IMG/VR virus record: IMGVR_UViG_3300033148_005240
Location: 1 to 54,487 of that record
From: a virus
Taxonomy: Duplodnaviria; Caudoviricetes
DNA: 54,487 nt
Reading direction: 5' to 3' (one strand)
The number at the start of each line of letters is the position of its first letter. Position 1 is the first letter of the stretch. Shown in pieces: positions 35,169 through 45,269 of this stretch. Under the pieces are notes generated by a model. It did not search any database. It was not told where the DNA came from and saw only the letters and a list, made by a program, of their open reading frames with translations. A program made the translations under genes and the position numbers.

Positions 35169-37850
35169 TTATAAGGATTGTAATCCTTCATCTATACGTT
35201 TTTTAATATCTTGACTATCGAGCATGTTTTTTAATTTTTCTTTGACTTGTTTTCCAGCTTCTTCTGCGATGTCTTCGCTAGTAGGGACTTCTATATGAAT
35301 ATCCCCAAGAGATATGGTTATTCCTGCTTTAGCAAATTGTGCTTGTATTTTTCGTCTTTCTTCATAATTCTCATAACCTGATTTTTCCCATACTCCAGGT
35401 CTCGTTTTTCCTAAACCTTGTTCTACCATAAAATTTTCTAAGTTCAACTCTGATATTTTTCGTTGTCCTTCTTCTAGCCAATTTTGCCAAAAAAGTTTAG
35501 GGGTATCTACTGCAAATGTTTGTGCAATTTCTTTAAAAGTTCTTTCTTCCATATCTTCTAAAGCTATAGGTTTAACAGGTTTTTCTCCTTCTGAAGCTCC
35601 TTTTCTTACCCATTCATAATATTCCTCTTTATATTTTGCAAGGGCTTCAGTTCTGGCTTCCCATACATCAGGAGAAATATATTTATCCAAATCAAATTCT
35701 CTTCTTAAACTTTCGCCCATTGCTCTCTTTTGTCTAGCAGAAAAATGTTGCCAGAATTTATCAATTACAGTAAAATCTAATGGGTCTTTTATAGCTCTAC
35801 CTAATTCACCAGGAGTCATTTTTACCAAATCCAACATGCGTTCTATCTGTTTTCTTTCCTCTGCGTTAGCTTTGGCATATTGTTTATATATATTACTGGC
35901 TGTGTTTAATTCTTTTTGTTTTGCTTTCTGCAAAGCCACTGCTTGTTGAAGTCTTAATTTTTCACTTTGAAGTAAAAATTGTGCTGGCAATATAGAATCT
36001 TCATCTGTCTTTAATTGTTGCATTTTAATATTTAATATTTGAAGCTCCGATGCCCCCATTGCTTTTAATAAATCAACACCAGCCGATTGCATTGTTTTAT
36101 AAATTTGTTTTGCATGTTGTTCTCGTTTTTCTAAAACTTTATTGTGGGCTTTTGCCAAAGCCAAAGCCTCGTCATCGGTTAGCTCTCTAAATGCGTTTAA
36201 AGCTTTTAAAGATTTTAATTCGGCTTCGGCTATATCTAATTGATGCACTCCTCGAGCTTTTAATAGTGCTGTAGTATGACGAATTATTTCGGCTGATTTT
36301 TTCTTTTGTTGTATATCAAATTCCCCTATTTTTTTGTCTTCTTTTGCTAATCTGTTACGTTTTTCTGCTCCTTCATCTGCCAATTTCTCGGCATCTAATT
36401 GTTCCTCTAAATATTCTACAGGAGCTACGAAACCATATATTCCACCGCCCAGCATATGTTGAATTTGTGTAATAGCTTCAACTATTTCTTTATATTTTAG
36501 ACCTATAGTGCCAGGATTTAATATTTCTGCGACAGTAACTCCTTTTTTCGCAAACTCGTCTAAGACCAATATCCCATTAGATATATTTGTAAACAACCAA
36601 CCTAAAGAATCTCCTAAAGCTTTAGCAGGGATGGCTAAATCTTTAAGGGCTTCGTTAAAAGCCATTAAAGCCTTAGTCCAACCATCAGCCCCAAATGCTC
36701 CTGTGACAAATTCATTTGTTAAAACTGCAAAAATATTTTTCATTCTTTCGCCTTGTGCGGTAATTGTTCCCATTCTTATTTTGTTCATAGCTTCTGCGAA
36801 TCCTTCAGCTCCTAGTCTGGCTAATTTTATAGTTTCTTCTAATTCCTCAAAATGACTAACTAATATTCTTACAACTACACCAGCCCTTGTTGCAAATACC
36901 TCTTGGAGGGCTTGACCCTGTTTTGCTGTAATTTGAGCTGTTTTGCCCATAGCTTCATGAATTTGTTTTATAGTATCTAAAAAATTGATTTGTTGATTGG
37001 GGTCAAAAGTTATTCCAAAAATCGAAGCCAATTTTTCAGCATTTTTAGTCAATTGTAAAATAGCTCTACCTGTTAATCGACCAGTTCTCCCTGCTCTTAA
37101 TAAACGAGTATTTAAAAAACCTAACAAAGTCACTATATCTCCAAACTCGTCAGATAAGCCTGATAAATAGGGAGCTAATTTAGTATAAGATTGGACTAAT
37201 TCGCTTAATTGAACATCCTGTGTAGCATAGGTGTAAGTTAATATGTCAGCTATTTTTGTAAATTTCTCTGTGATAGTCATATTTTCATCTAAGAATTTTC
37301 CCATAGTGTTATATGCACCAGCGACAGCTCTAGCGGTATCTTTTGCATTATTACCAGTTCCAATCATAGCATTTACTGTAGGAATAAATCCAGCCATAGC
37401 TTCTTCGGCTGATAAGTTTGCAGTTTGTAAGAAGTAAAAAGCCTCTGCCAAATCTTTAATACTTGCTCTGGAATTTACAGCAGTATCTAAAATTTGACGT
37501 TTAATAGCTATCATATCGGCTTCTATTTGGGAAGATGTCCCATGTAATACTGTGCGAATCCTTGCCATTCCTTCTTCTAAATCTAAATTAGCTCTTACCA
37601 TATCTCCAATAGTTCTTATAAATCCCATCATAATACTTCTTAACATCATCCAAACAGGAGCAACTATTAAAGCCCTTTTAGTGGCTTTGGTCAACATATC
37701 ATTAAAGGATTGGGTTCGTCCAATCGCTGTTTTTGTAGTCTTAGCGTATTTACTTGTCCCTGCTTCCATCTGTTGTAATCCAGCTACAACAGCTTTATTC
37801 CCTGATATAGTTGCAAGGAAACTGATTAAATATTGTCTCGCATTAAGCAT
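35169..37850 (-). CDS. tail tape measure protein (TP901-type core)
   Basis: 893 aa, helical and Ala-rich; LEEGMARIRTV..DLAEAFYFL..ADIL....A...LSEL..GR.GR. Confidence 0.9.
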   Translation of the reverse strand: MLNARQYLISFLATISGNKAVVAGLQQMEAGTSKYAKTTKTAIGRTQSFNDMLTKATKRALIVAPVWMMLRSIMMGFIRTIGDMVRANLDLEEGMARIRTVLHGTSSQIEADMIAIKRQILDTAVNSRASIKDLAEAFYFLQTANLSAEEAMAGFIPTVNAMIGTGNNAKDTARAVAGAYNTMGKFLDENMTITEKFTKIADILTYTYATQDVQLSELVQSYTKLAPYLSGLSDEFGDIVTLLGFLNTRLLRAGRTGRLTGRAILQLTKNAEKLASIFGITFDPNQQINFLDTIKQIHEAMGKTAQITAKQGQALQEVFATRAGVVVRILVSHFEELEETIKLARLGAEGFAEAMNKIRMGTITAQGERMKNIFAVLTNEFVTGAFGADGWTKALMAFNEALKDLAIPAKALGDSLGWLFTNISNGILVLDEFAKKGVTVAEILNPGTIGLKYKEIVEAITQIQHMLGGGIYGFVAPVEYLEEQLDAEKLADEGAEKRNRLAKEDKKIGEFDIQQKKKSAEIIRHTTALLKARGVHQLDIAEAELKSLKALNAFRELTDDEALALAKAHNKVLEKREQHAKQIYKTMQSAGVDLLKAMGASELQILNIKMQQLKTDEDSILPAQFLLQSEKLRLQQAVALQKAKQKELNTASNIYKQYAKANAEERKQIERMLDLVKMTPGELGRAIKDPLDFTVIDKFWQHFSARQKRAMGESLRREFDLDKYISPDVWEARTEALAKYKEEYYEWVRKGASEGEKPVKPIALEDMEERTFKEIAQTFAVDTPKLFWQNWLEEGQRKISELNLENFMVEQGLGKTRPGVWEKSGYENYEERRKIQAQFAKAGITISLGDIHIEVPTSEDIAEEAGKQVKEKLKNMLDSQDIKKRIDEGLQSL

Positions 37851-37853
37851 AAA

Positions 37854-38417
37854 TTATACTTCCTTAATTAGATGTTTATGTTTTCTTAAATTTTCCTCAG
37901 CCCATAAAGGCTGTAAATTAGTATAATGAAAACATTTCTTTTGTTCACTCGGTTTATTTAAATTAAAATTACAACAAGGGATAATATGGTCTATATGCCA
38001 ACCATATCTCCCATAGTTATTCCAAGTCATTCCTTTTTTGAATCTTTTTTCTAAATGTTGTTTTAATTTTTGTAAAGAACATCCTAATAAATTTTTAGTG
38101 CTATCTATTTTAACTTTTCCTCTAATAACTCTATTTAATCTGCATCTTAAAACATGCAATAATCTAAAATTTAAATCAATTTTTCTTCGTTCTCTAAAAT
38201 AATCTCTTATATATTTTTTATGTGTTAAACGATAATAAATATGATATTCTTTACGTCTTTCTTGTATTTCTATTTTATTATCTTTGTTATATTTTCTGTC
38301 ATATTGTTTTTTATATTGTATTCTATTTTGCTCGAAACAATCATCAGAACAATAGTTTTTATGTCTTCTAGTTGATGTAAAATTTTTACCACAATATTTA
38401 CATATTTTATTTTTCAT
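37854..38417 (-). CDS. HNH-type homing endonuclease (paralog 5 of 5)
   Basis: CKYCGK..YCSDDC; GMTWNNYG..WHIDHIIPCCNF..CFHYTNLQPLWAEENL. Confidence 0.8.
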   Translation of the reverse strand: MKNKICKYCGKNFTSTRRHKNYCSDDCFEQNRIQYKKQYDRKYNKDNKIEIQERRKEYHIYYRLTHKKYIRDYFRERRKIDLNFRLLHVLRCRLNRVIRGKVKIDSTKNLLGCSLQKLKQHLEKRFKKGMTWNNYGRYGWHIDHIIPCCNFNLNKPSEQKKCFHYTNLQPLWAEENLRKHKHLIKEV

Positions 38418-38420
38418 TTC

Positions 38421-38777
38421 TTACTTCCCTCTAAAAATAACTGAAGACATACCGCCAGATGTATTCACTTCTTTTTTATTTGATTTATTTTTTCCCTTAT
38501 CGTCTTTTGATTTTCTTCTTAGTAACAAATAAGCATCTGTTCTTATATCATCTGCAATTACTTCTTCGCTTATATAATTTTTACCCTCTGCTAAATCTCG
38601 ATATAACATATTATAGATTTCAAGAAAATAAAGAAACCAATTTTGAACTTTAGACAAATCGGAATCATTGCTAAATAATTTTAGACTTCCTAATTCTTTT
38701 GCTCTATTATATAAAATCTGACATCTATCAGATTTAGCTAGTTTTCTTAGTATCGTTAAATTCATAATTATGTCCAT
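38421..38777 (-). CDS. putative tail assembly chaperone (second ORF)
   Basis: 118 aa between the tail tube and tape measure genes; positional call. Confidence 0.45.
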   Translation of the reverse strand: MDIIMNLTILRKLAKSDRCQILYNRAKELGSLKLFSNDSDLSKVQNWFLYFLEIYNMLYRDLAEGKNYISEEVIADDIRTDAYLLLRRKSKDDKGKNKSNKKEVNTSGGMSSVIFRGK

Positions 38778-39408
38778 ACATTAAATGATTTATAAAATAA
38801 AAAGTTTTATTAATTAAATCATCATTCTCTGATTTTTCAAAGTCTTCATAAGAATTAAAATGTTTAGTCCATTTATCTTTTTCTTGTCTCTCTAATACTC
38901 TATAGGCAGTATAAGAATTTACATGAATTAAAAGTTGGTCTTCAATCGAATAAACAAGTAAATCTGTTTTTTCCAAAGATAAATTATACATTTTTTCTTT
39001 AGTTTTATCAATTTCATTTTTTAATAGTTGTATTGATTTAGAATCTGTTGTTTTTGCTAATCTCAACAATAAACTTTCATAATCTCCTTGTGCTCTTTTA
39101 ATATCGTCATCCATTTTATTAATATCTATACCTTTTTTCTTATAATTTTGTATCCACTGTTTTCTAAATAAAAAACTATCATCTGCCACTAATTCCATAT
39201 ATTTTTTTCGCCTAATATGGTCTATCTCATGTTCTTCGCCTAAAGTTGGCTTTCTAACTCTAAAGGACTTTCCACCAGATTCAAAAACTATTTTATTATC
39301 TTTAACAACATTTTCCATCTTGGTAGTTTCCTCTATTTCCTGAATAGCTTTCATACCTTCTTTAGCAAACAGATGCTTCTCTGCTTTTTTATTTTTGTTT
39401 TTGTCCAT
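38734..39408 (-). CDS. putative tail assembly chaperone
   Basis: Start moved to 39408 behind AGGGAGG; GKSFRVRKPT..E motif; positional call. Confidence 0.5.
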   Translation of the reverse strand: MDKNKNKKAEKHLFAKEGMKAIQEIEETTKMENVVKDNKIVFESGGKSFRVRKPTLGEEHEIDHIRRKKYMELVADDSFLFRKQWIQNYKKKGIDINKMDDDIKRAQGDYESLLLRLAKTTDSKSIQLLKNEIDKTKEKMYNLSLEKTDLLVYSIEDQLLIHVNSYTAYRVLERQEKDKWTKHFNSYEDFEKSENDDLINKTFYFINHLMYGHNYEFNDTKKTS

Positions 39409-39446
39409 TATTTCCTCCCTTACATAAAAAATCCCAAAGTAAGAAA

Positions 39447-39680
39447 CTATTCCTCTTCTTTGGGTTTCGATTCGAATTTCACGCCACAATCAAAAGATGT
39501 TATAAGTGCTTTAATATTTCTAGCATTTTCATAAATTAATTCTTTGACAGACTTCTTTATATCTTCTTTATTTTCTAAAATTTCAAACCTCTTGCACACT
39601 ATACCCACAAGAGTTCTAGAAGTCTTTGCCAATATATTATCTAAAAAGGTTTCTGTAATTTTATATTCTTCCATTTTCAT
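39447..39680 (-). CDS. hypothetical protein
   Basis: 77 aa with a TAAGGA RBS. Confidence 0.55.
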   Translation of the reverse strand: MKMEEYKITETFLDNILAKTSRTLVGIVCKRFEILENKEDIKKSVKELIYENARNIKALITSFDCGVKFESKPKEEE

Positions 39681-39701
39681 ACCTTTCCTTACGTTTTTAT
39701 C

Positions 39702-39738
39702 GGAAGGGGAACTTGGGAAAACCCAACTTTCCCCTTCC
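39702..39738 (-). terminator. GC-rich hairpin after the major tail protein gene
   Basis: Plus-strand GGAAGGGGAA..TTGGG-AAAA-CCCAA..TTCCCCTTCC; no U-tract on the - strand. Confidence 0.55.
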
Positions 39739-39753
39739 TTATTATATATTATT

Positions 39754-41001
39754 CTATAGTGTCCATTTTATCTTATTATTTTCATCAGCAGAAATGATTA
39801 AACTTTCACCTTCAAGGGTGTTATCTTTTTTAACATATTCATTAATTCCAGCTCCACCACGAAGTTCTGTCGCTGTTAATCCAGTAGCTTTAAATCCATA
39901 TAAGAAAGTGCCTTTAGTATTATCACTAAAAATTTTCACTATCAATACACATTTATCTGAAAGATTTTCCACATCAATTATACCTATGTCTGAACCATGT
40001 AAAGCATCTTCAAGTGTGAAATCTTCAAGAATTTGACCTAATGTAACTGAAACTGTTGAATTTCTAATTCCTCTTGCAACAACATCTTTATTACCAATTT
40101 CTCTAACATCTTCTCTATCAAATCTAACATCAAGAGTAACACTCTGCAATCTGTAAACATAACTAGAAGTAAGGTCTCCACCAGTTGCAGGAACATAAAG
40201 ATAAATTGAAGCAGAATCTCCAAGTAATGCCGAAGCATCTATATCATTTTCTGTAAACTGAACATCGGGAGCACTTAATGAACTATAAAACATTTTAATT
40301 ATATCGCCAGCTTCAGCACTTACAAGAGTAAGCGTTCCAGCAACATAACTATAATCTGTAGTTATTGTCAATTCAGTAGAAGTTGTTCCTCTAACTCTAA
40401 CAATCCTAAAGAAATAACTTTCAGAAGTATTCGGGTCTTCTACAGGAACTTGTTCAAAATCTGCCCCTGTTCCAAAAGTAATCTCAGTATCTCCACCTGA
40501 ACCACAAGTATAAGCTTGATAAATCAAATATTTATTACCATCTTTCAAAATCTTATATTTTTCTCCAACAAAATCAAAACTTCTTTCTATTCTCGCTTGG
40601 GGGTCTCCAATTGAAAATGAAAAACCAGCAACTCTTAGTGCTGGATAATATAATGTTCCAGTAAACGTATCATCATCATCTGTTAAATAAGCACATATAT
40701 CAAAATACGGAGTTTTGAAATCAGAAATATCTATTTCAGTCTCTCCATTATTTCCTAATACATCACTATTAACCAATTTCTGATAAAATTCTATAGAACC
40801 ATTATCTAACTGTGTTAATCTATAACCAACTGTAGGACTTTTCGTCAACCAACCAACAGGCAAAACTCTACCTATTTCTTCTACCTTTTCTTTATTAAGA
40901 GAAACTGTAGGGTCAATCGCTTGTGCCCTATCTATCTCCGAAGGAACTGTATCTCCATTTATCGGAAATATTCTAGGTTTGTATTTACTCGAATGTTGCA
41001 T
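39754..41001 (-). CDS. major tail (tube) protein
   Basis: 415 aa, acidic, with two R.Q...E.V.EIG-type repeats; strong RBS; followed by a hairpin and chaperone genes. Confidence 0.65.
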   Translation of the reverse strand: MQHSSKYKPRIFPINGDTVPSEIDRAQAIDPTVSLNKEKVEEIGRVLPVGWLTKSPTVGYRLTQLDNGSIEFYQKLVNSDVLGNNGETEIDISDFKTPYFDICAYLTDDDDTFTGTLYYPALRVAGFSFSIGDPQARIERSFDFVGEKYKILKDGNKYLIYQAYTCGSGGDTEITFGTGADFEQVPVEDPNTSESYFFRIVRVRGTTSTELTITTDYSYVAGTLTLVSAEAGDIIKMFYSSLSAPDVQFTENDIDASALLGDSASIYLYVPATGGDLTSSYVYRLQSVTLDVRFDREDVREIGNKDVVARGIRNSTVSVTLGQILEDFTLEDALHGSDIGIIDVENLSDKCVLIVKIFSDNTKGTFLYGFKATGLTATELRGGAGINEYVKKDNTLEGESLIISADENNKIKWTL

Positions 41002-41110
41002 TTTACTACCTCCTATGTAGTTTTTTATTTTAGTGTTACTTTTTCCACCTTTGAAATTTCACACTTACTTACTATTTAAAACTCCTTACATTCTATCTTT
41101 TGAAATTATT

Positions 41111-41416
41111 TCAAATATTTTTTTTCGGATGACGTTCATCGCAGATGGCTTTTCTAACAGCTAGACCTTTATCAATATGACCTAATCGCCTAAAAATCTT
41201 ACCCAAATCTTTTTTTAAATCTATTTTGATGTCTTTATTCTCGTCTTTTAATTCTTTAATATCTTGATTTATATGCTTTAAATCATTCTGAACAATTTTG
41301 GTAGTGGTAACTTTTGTTATAATAAAGTTAAATACACTACCTACCAAAGCTAAAAGAGATACACTCGCAGGAACTAAAAATCTCCAATCTGTTATAAGTT
41401 TTATGTCAAAATTCAT
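41111..41416 (-). CDS. membrane-anchored coiled-coil protein (holin-like?)
   Basis: One N-terminal TM segment plus NDLKHI..DIKE coiled coil. Confidence 0.4.
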   Translation of the reverse strand: MNFDIKLITDWRFLVPASVSLLALVGSVFNFIITKVTTTKIVQNDLKHINQDIKELKDENKDIKIDLKKDLGKIFRRLGHIDKGLAVRKAICDERHPKKNI

Positions 41417-41883
41417 TATACTTCTATCCTTCCAAGAGTTGTTGTTAAACTAATTAAAGCTCTATAACGGTCATGCACAACATCAGAATCAAAATCTAAT
41501 GGAGTTACTTCAATATTTGTAAATCGAATTCTACCATTGGCAGTTTTACTCTTTACTACTCCATCCTCGATAACAAAATCGTAATAGATACAACCGCCTT
41601 TAATTTTTTCTACAATATAATCACAAAAATCTTCTTTTTGACCGTCTGATGTGCAAAATATATCTATAAGAATCTGGACTTCTCTAATAGTAGAATTTCC
41701 ACCGATTTCGGCTTTATCGTGTCTTGTATTATTTGCTCTTATACATACAACAGGTAAATCAATGGAATACACTCTACTAAATGATTTTTCGATTGAAACA
41801 TTTGTCCAATCTGCATTAAAATGAGTTGTAAGAAAATCAATAATACTTGCTTCTATATTTCTACTAGGTCTATAATTTCCCAT
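41416..41883 (-). CDS. tail terminator/completion-like protein
   Basis: 155 aa; LPVVCI...EIG...IDIF pattern; upstream of the tail tube gene. Confidence 0.5.
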   Translation of the reverse strand: MGNYRPSRNIEASIIDFLTTHFNADWTNVSIEKSFSRVYSIDLPVVCIRANNTRHDKAEIGGNSTIREVQILIDIFCTSDGQKEDFCDYIVEKIKGGCIYYDFVIEDGVVKSKTANGRIRFTNIEVTPLDFDSDVVHDRYRALISLTTTLGRIEV

Positions 41884-41910
41884 AAATCTTCTCCTTAAAA
41901 TATGTTTTCA

Positions 41911-42432
41911 CTATTTCCCCATTCTAATACGAGCTAATAAAATATTTAGATTAGCGTTAAGCCGAACTTTCGTCGCAGATATATAATTCATAGGTCTCAC
42001 TATCGATTTGGGATACATTCCAAATCCGCTACCATCCGCTATATTAAATTTTTCTACTCCACCTTTTAATGCTGAACTTGGTTTATTCCCTTCAAAACTT
42101 CCTGGCACGAATTTTCCTTTAAATGGAACAAAAGGTTCTCCTGAAATCATTTTACCGTAGTTAGTAACATACCAATATTTAGGTAACGAAGGAATAAATC
42201 CTATTCCCCAAGAAACTAATCCAGTCGATGTAAAGCCTTGAAATTTCATAGCTTTAGCAAGCTTACCAGTTCCTCCACGTCTGCGACGTTTGCGATTAAT
42301 ATAATTGCTCATGTAAACTGCAAGGCGTTGTCCCATGATATATGCTGAATTTTGAAAAATAAACCAATCTTTTCTAATTGTTTCATCATATATTTCTTTT
42401 GCGGAAAATTTTGGGACAACGGTCATTCTCAT
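41911..42432 (-). CDS. neck/tail completion protein (HK97 gp10-like)
   Basis: Basic; TGKLAKAM...YW...NYG...RPMNYI. Confidence 0.45.
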   Translation of the reverse strand: MRMTVVPKFSAKEIYDETIRKDWFIFQNSAYIMGQRLAVYMSNYINRKRRRRGGTGKLAKAMKFQGFTSTGLVSWGIGFIPSLPKYWYVTNYGKMISGEPFVPFKGKFVPGSFEGNKPSSALKGGVEKFNIADGSGFGMYPKSIVRPMNYISATKVRLNANLNILLARIRMGK

Positions 42433-42548
42433 TGTTTTGATTCCTGTTCCATAAAATACATTTTCCCATTTTTTATATAAATGGCATAAACTTTCTCTTT
42501 ATCCGTCCAGTAGTCTACCACAATATATACTCTTTTTGATTCCTTCAT
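42429..42548 (-). CDS. small hypothetical protein (39 aa)
   Basis: MKESKRVYIVVDYWTD...; ATGA-coupled to the next gene; my own translation. Confidence 0.4.
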   Translation of the reverse strand: MKESKRVYIVVDYWTDKEKVYAIYIKNGKMYFMEQESKQ

Positions 42549-42550
42549 AG

Positions 42551-42907
42551 TTAAACTTTTTTAATGTAAATATAAATTCTACAATAATTTCCTTCTTCTC
42601 TAATTTGCATTTTGCTATTTGTTTTCCAACCTTCATAATAATCAGTATCTCCTACAATTTGTATCTTTCTGGACATTTCAAGTATTGGTCTATCTTTTTT
42701 TCTTATGATTATCTCCTTTGCTTTATCGGTTATAATTCCTGGCATTGCGTATTGAACTTTAGCAGTTGTTAAATCTGTTATTATCGCAGAAATAACCACA
42801 AACCCTCTTTCTGTTAAATCTACTGTTTTTTCATAAGGGTCATTTATAGTTTCTTGTTGAAAAAATATTCTAATTTTTTTGTTCATTTCGTTAAATAATT
42901 CGTCCAT
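42551..42907 (-). CDS. head closure/stopper-like protein
   Basis: About 118 aa (start 42907), beta-rich; positional call. Confidence 0.4.
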   Translation of the reverse strand: MDELFNEMNKKIRIFFQQETINDPYEKTVDLTERGFVVISAIITDLTTAKVQYAMPGIITDKAKEIIIRKKDRPILEMSRKIQIVGDTDYYEGWKTNSKMQIREEGNYCRIYIYIKKV

Positions 42908-42909
42908 AA

Positions 42910-45222
42910 TTAATTCCAAAATACTCCTGTTCCATGTATTTTTAAATCTTTATTATTATGAGTTATAATTTTATAAGCCATATGTGTTCCTGACCCCATA
43001 CCAGTAACATCCAAATTTACTATTCCTGATAAAACTCTTTTTGTTCCTTCGTAATTTCCTTCATCTTCTAAAGTTACTTGTTCCCAAGTTGCTCCTGTTC
43101 CATTTTCTCTAGTTACATACGCCTTCAAATCCACATTGAGTGAGATTGCATCCACGTTCTCTTGGAAGATTATAATCCTAGATTGTGAAGGACTTGCTTC
43201 AGCAGTTTGTGAATTACTGATAAGGGTCATATTTTGGGTTAATCCTACAGCATACATATTATCTATATAAAAAGTATTATCATTAGAACCTGTATCGCTA
43301 GATATAATTTTTATTATAATTGAATCAATATCGTCTTTATTTGCACTAGAAATACCTGATATATCCCAAGTAATAGTTTTCCAACTATCTTCTTCTCCTG
43401 TTTCTATTGTTATATTTTTAGTAGAAGTCGTGCCTCCACTATCGTGTATTTGTATTTGTAAATTAGTCCCTACTTCTGAAGCATAAACATCTAATTTTAT
43501 AGTATTGTAATTAGTTAAATCTAAATGATTCTCTGTTCCTAAAGTTTTAGTTATTGTTTCATTTAGAGAATCCCCCACATCTGCTATAGCTTTTAAAGAA
43601 TAAGAACCTTGAGTTTTTATTGTATCTTCTGAATAAATATTTAAAGAACCATCTACAGGTTCTGCATATTCTTCTATAGGAATATCTATAGTGTCATTAG
43701 GAGTATCATTTGGAGTTGCGTTAAATATATTGCTTTTGTGTATCCTTAATTCATCCATGTATCCATCTAACCATCTACCAGGGGTAGAATCAACCATAGC
43801 ACCAATACCAAGAATCCCATCAAAAGTAGCTGTGGCTGTATTAGAAGCATAAGCCACCTGCGTTCCATCAAGATATATGCCCCACAATGTATTCGGGTCA
43901 TCCCAAACTTTACAAAGAGCCACATGATGCCAGTCAGTATCAGTAAGAATATCATTTGCAGAATCAAAACTTATAATATTTGAATTATTAGTTCGAACAG
44001 TAAATCTAAGTAATCTTTCCGTATCATTCCGATAAAATATCCAATTGTTTTCGTTATTGTCATTTTCGCATTGAGCAATGAAGGTTTCGTGAACTGACCC
44101 CCCTGTTGTATTAAACTTTACCCACAAATCTATTGTATAATCTTGGGAAGCACTACCTGCAATATCCCAATCTACATTATCAGCATAATAAATATAACCA
44201 CTATCTCCATCAAATAATCCTGAAGCACTCCCCCATTTTTTAACATTGGTTTTAGTTTGAACAGTAGCAACTACTGTAGCGTTACCATGTTCTGCTGGAG
44301 AAGAATCTGTAAAAATAACACCTTCATCTTCACCATTACAATGAAGCATTAATACAGTATTTGCATCTATTCCTTCTCCTGTTATTTCAGGGTCTGAACT
44401 AATCCAAGAAGCTCTAGCTAGCTCATCAGAACTGTATTCTATATAATCCAATTCTAAATTTTCTATAGAAGTCGGTTGATAATAATCACTACCTGTAGAA
44501 TAGTCTTCATTAATAGATTCTTCAGTATCTATTCCACTTTCGTCTTCGTATTCATCAATAAATCCATCTACTAAATTATAAATAGATAAAGAATCTCGCA
44601 CAGCATCTTTAAAAAAGTTAAGCATTATATTTTGTTCAATACGGTCTGCAATTTTAAGTTTAGAGTCTTCATATTTTATTGTAAAATCGTCTACACTGGT
44701 AGACAAATCGGGCACATTATTATCTACATATGCTTTTATACTTTGTTGAGTAGCAAGCATTTTATCAGAATTACTTGCCATATCGTCTTCATCTTTTACA
44801 TCTGATATATCAGCCACTGATGGAAAATTTATATTTTTTCCATTTAAATCCAAATCTCCCCCAAGTTGAGGAGTTGTATCTTCTGATAAATTTTCAAGAT
44901 AAGTTCCTAAATCACTTATATCCGCTTCTACTAAAGCTCTCGATTCCCAACTATCTCCATCAGCTATCAATACATTCTTATTGGTTGGGGTCGTAACTCC
45001 TACATCTGATAATTCTGATAATTGAGATGCTCCACCAGAAGGTGCTTCGGCTTTCCATTTACCAGAGGCATTATCATAAGTCAATACATTATTATCAGCA
45101 GGAGTTCCAGTATCAAAATCCACATCTAATAAATCAACTAAATTACCACCTGCAATTGCACCATCGACATAAGTTTTTACTGCTTTTTCTGTAGGCACTG
45201 CTAGGTCACTATTCCCTGCCAA
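42910..45222 (-). CDS. virion fibre protein with LamG/ConA-like and CBM-like domains (3' part of a broken gene)
   Basis: NTVLMLH..FDG..YTIDLWV..WHHVAL..YLDG..LDGYMDELRI (LamG); L.DV fibre repeats; the frame stays open upstream of the TTG to ~45290. Confidence 0.8.
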   Translation of the reverse strand: MAGNSDLAVPTEKAVKTYVDGAIAGGNLVDLLDVDFDTGTPADNNVLTYDNASGKWKAEAPSGGASQLSELSDVGVTTPTNKNVLIADGDSWESRALVEADISDLGTYLENLSEDTTPQLGGDLDLNGKNINFPSVADISDVKDEDDMASNSDKMLATQQSIKAYVDNNVPDLSTSVDDFTIKYEDSKLKIADRIEQNIMLNFFKDAVRDSLSIYNLVDGFIDEYEDESGIDTEESINEDYSTGSDYYQPTSIENLELDYIEYSSDELARASWISSDPEITGEGIDANTVLMLHCNGEDEGVIFTDSSPAEHGNATVVATVQTKTNVKKWGSASGLFDGDSGYIYYADNVDWDIAGSASQDYTIDLWVKFNTTGGSVHETFIAQCENDNNENNWIFYRNDTERLLRFTVRTNNSNIISFDSANDILTDTDWHHVALCKVWDDPNTLWGIYLDGTQVAYASNTATATFDGILGIGAMVDSTPGRWLDGYMDELRIHKSNIFNATPNDTPNDTIDIPIEEYAEPVDGSLNIYSEDTIKTQGSYSLKAIADVGDSLNETITKTLGTENHLDLTNYNTIKLDVYASEVGTNLQIQIHDSGGTTSTKNITIETGEEDSWKTITWDISGISSANKDDIDSIIIKIISSDTGSNDNTFYIDNMYAVGLTQNMTLISNSQTAEASPSQSRIIIFQENVDAISLNVDLKAYVTRENGTGATWEQVTLEDEGNYEGTKRVLSGIVNLDVTGMGSGTHMAYKIITHNNKDLKIHGTGVFWN

Positions 45223-45269
45223 TGTTCCATCTGAAGAAAATTCATTAATAGCTACTCCACTGACTAAAG

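Noticed and set aside
38734-38800. Programmed -1 frameshift between the two tail chaperone ORFs
   Set aside because: The downstream ORF is in the +1 frame, has a stop just before its ATG, and I see no canonical slippery heptamer in the overlap
41002-41110. Short stems in the tail-tube leader (ACTAC/GTAGT around the RBS; AGTGT/ACACT)
   Set aside because: Five-bp stems are expected by chance; not enough support without covariation data
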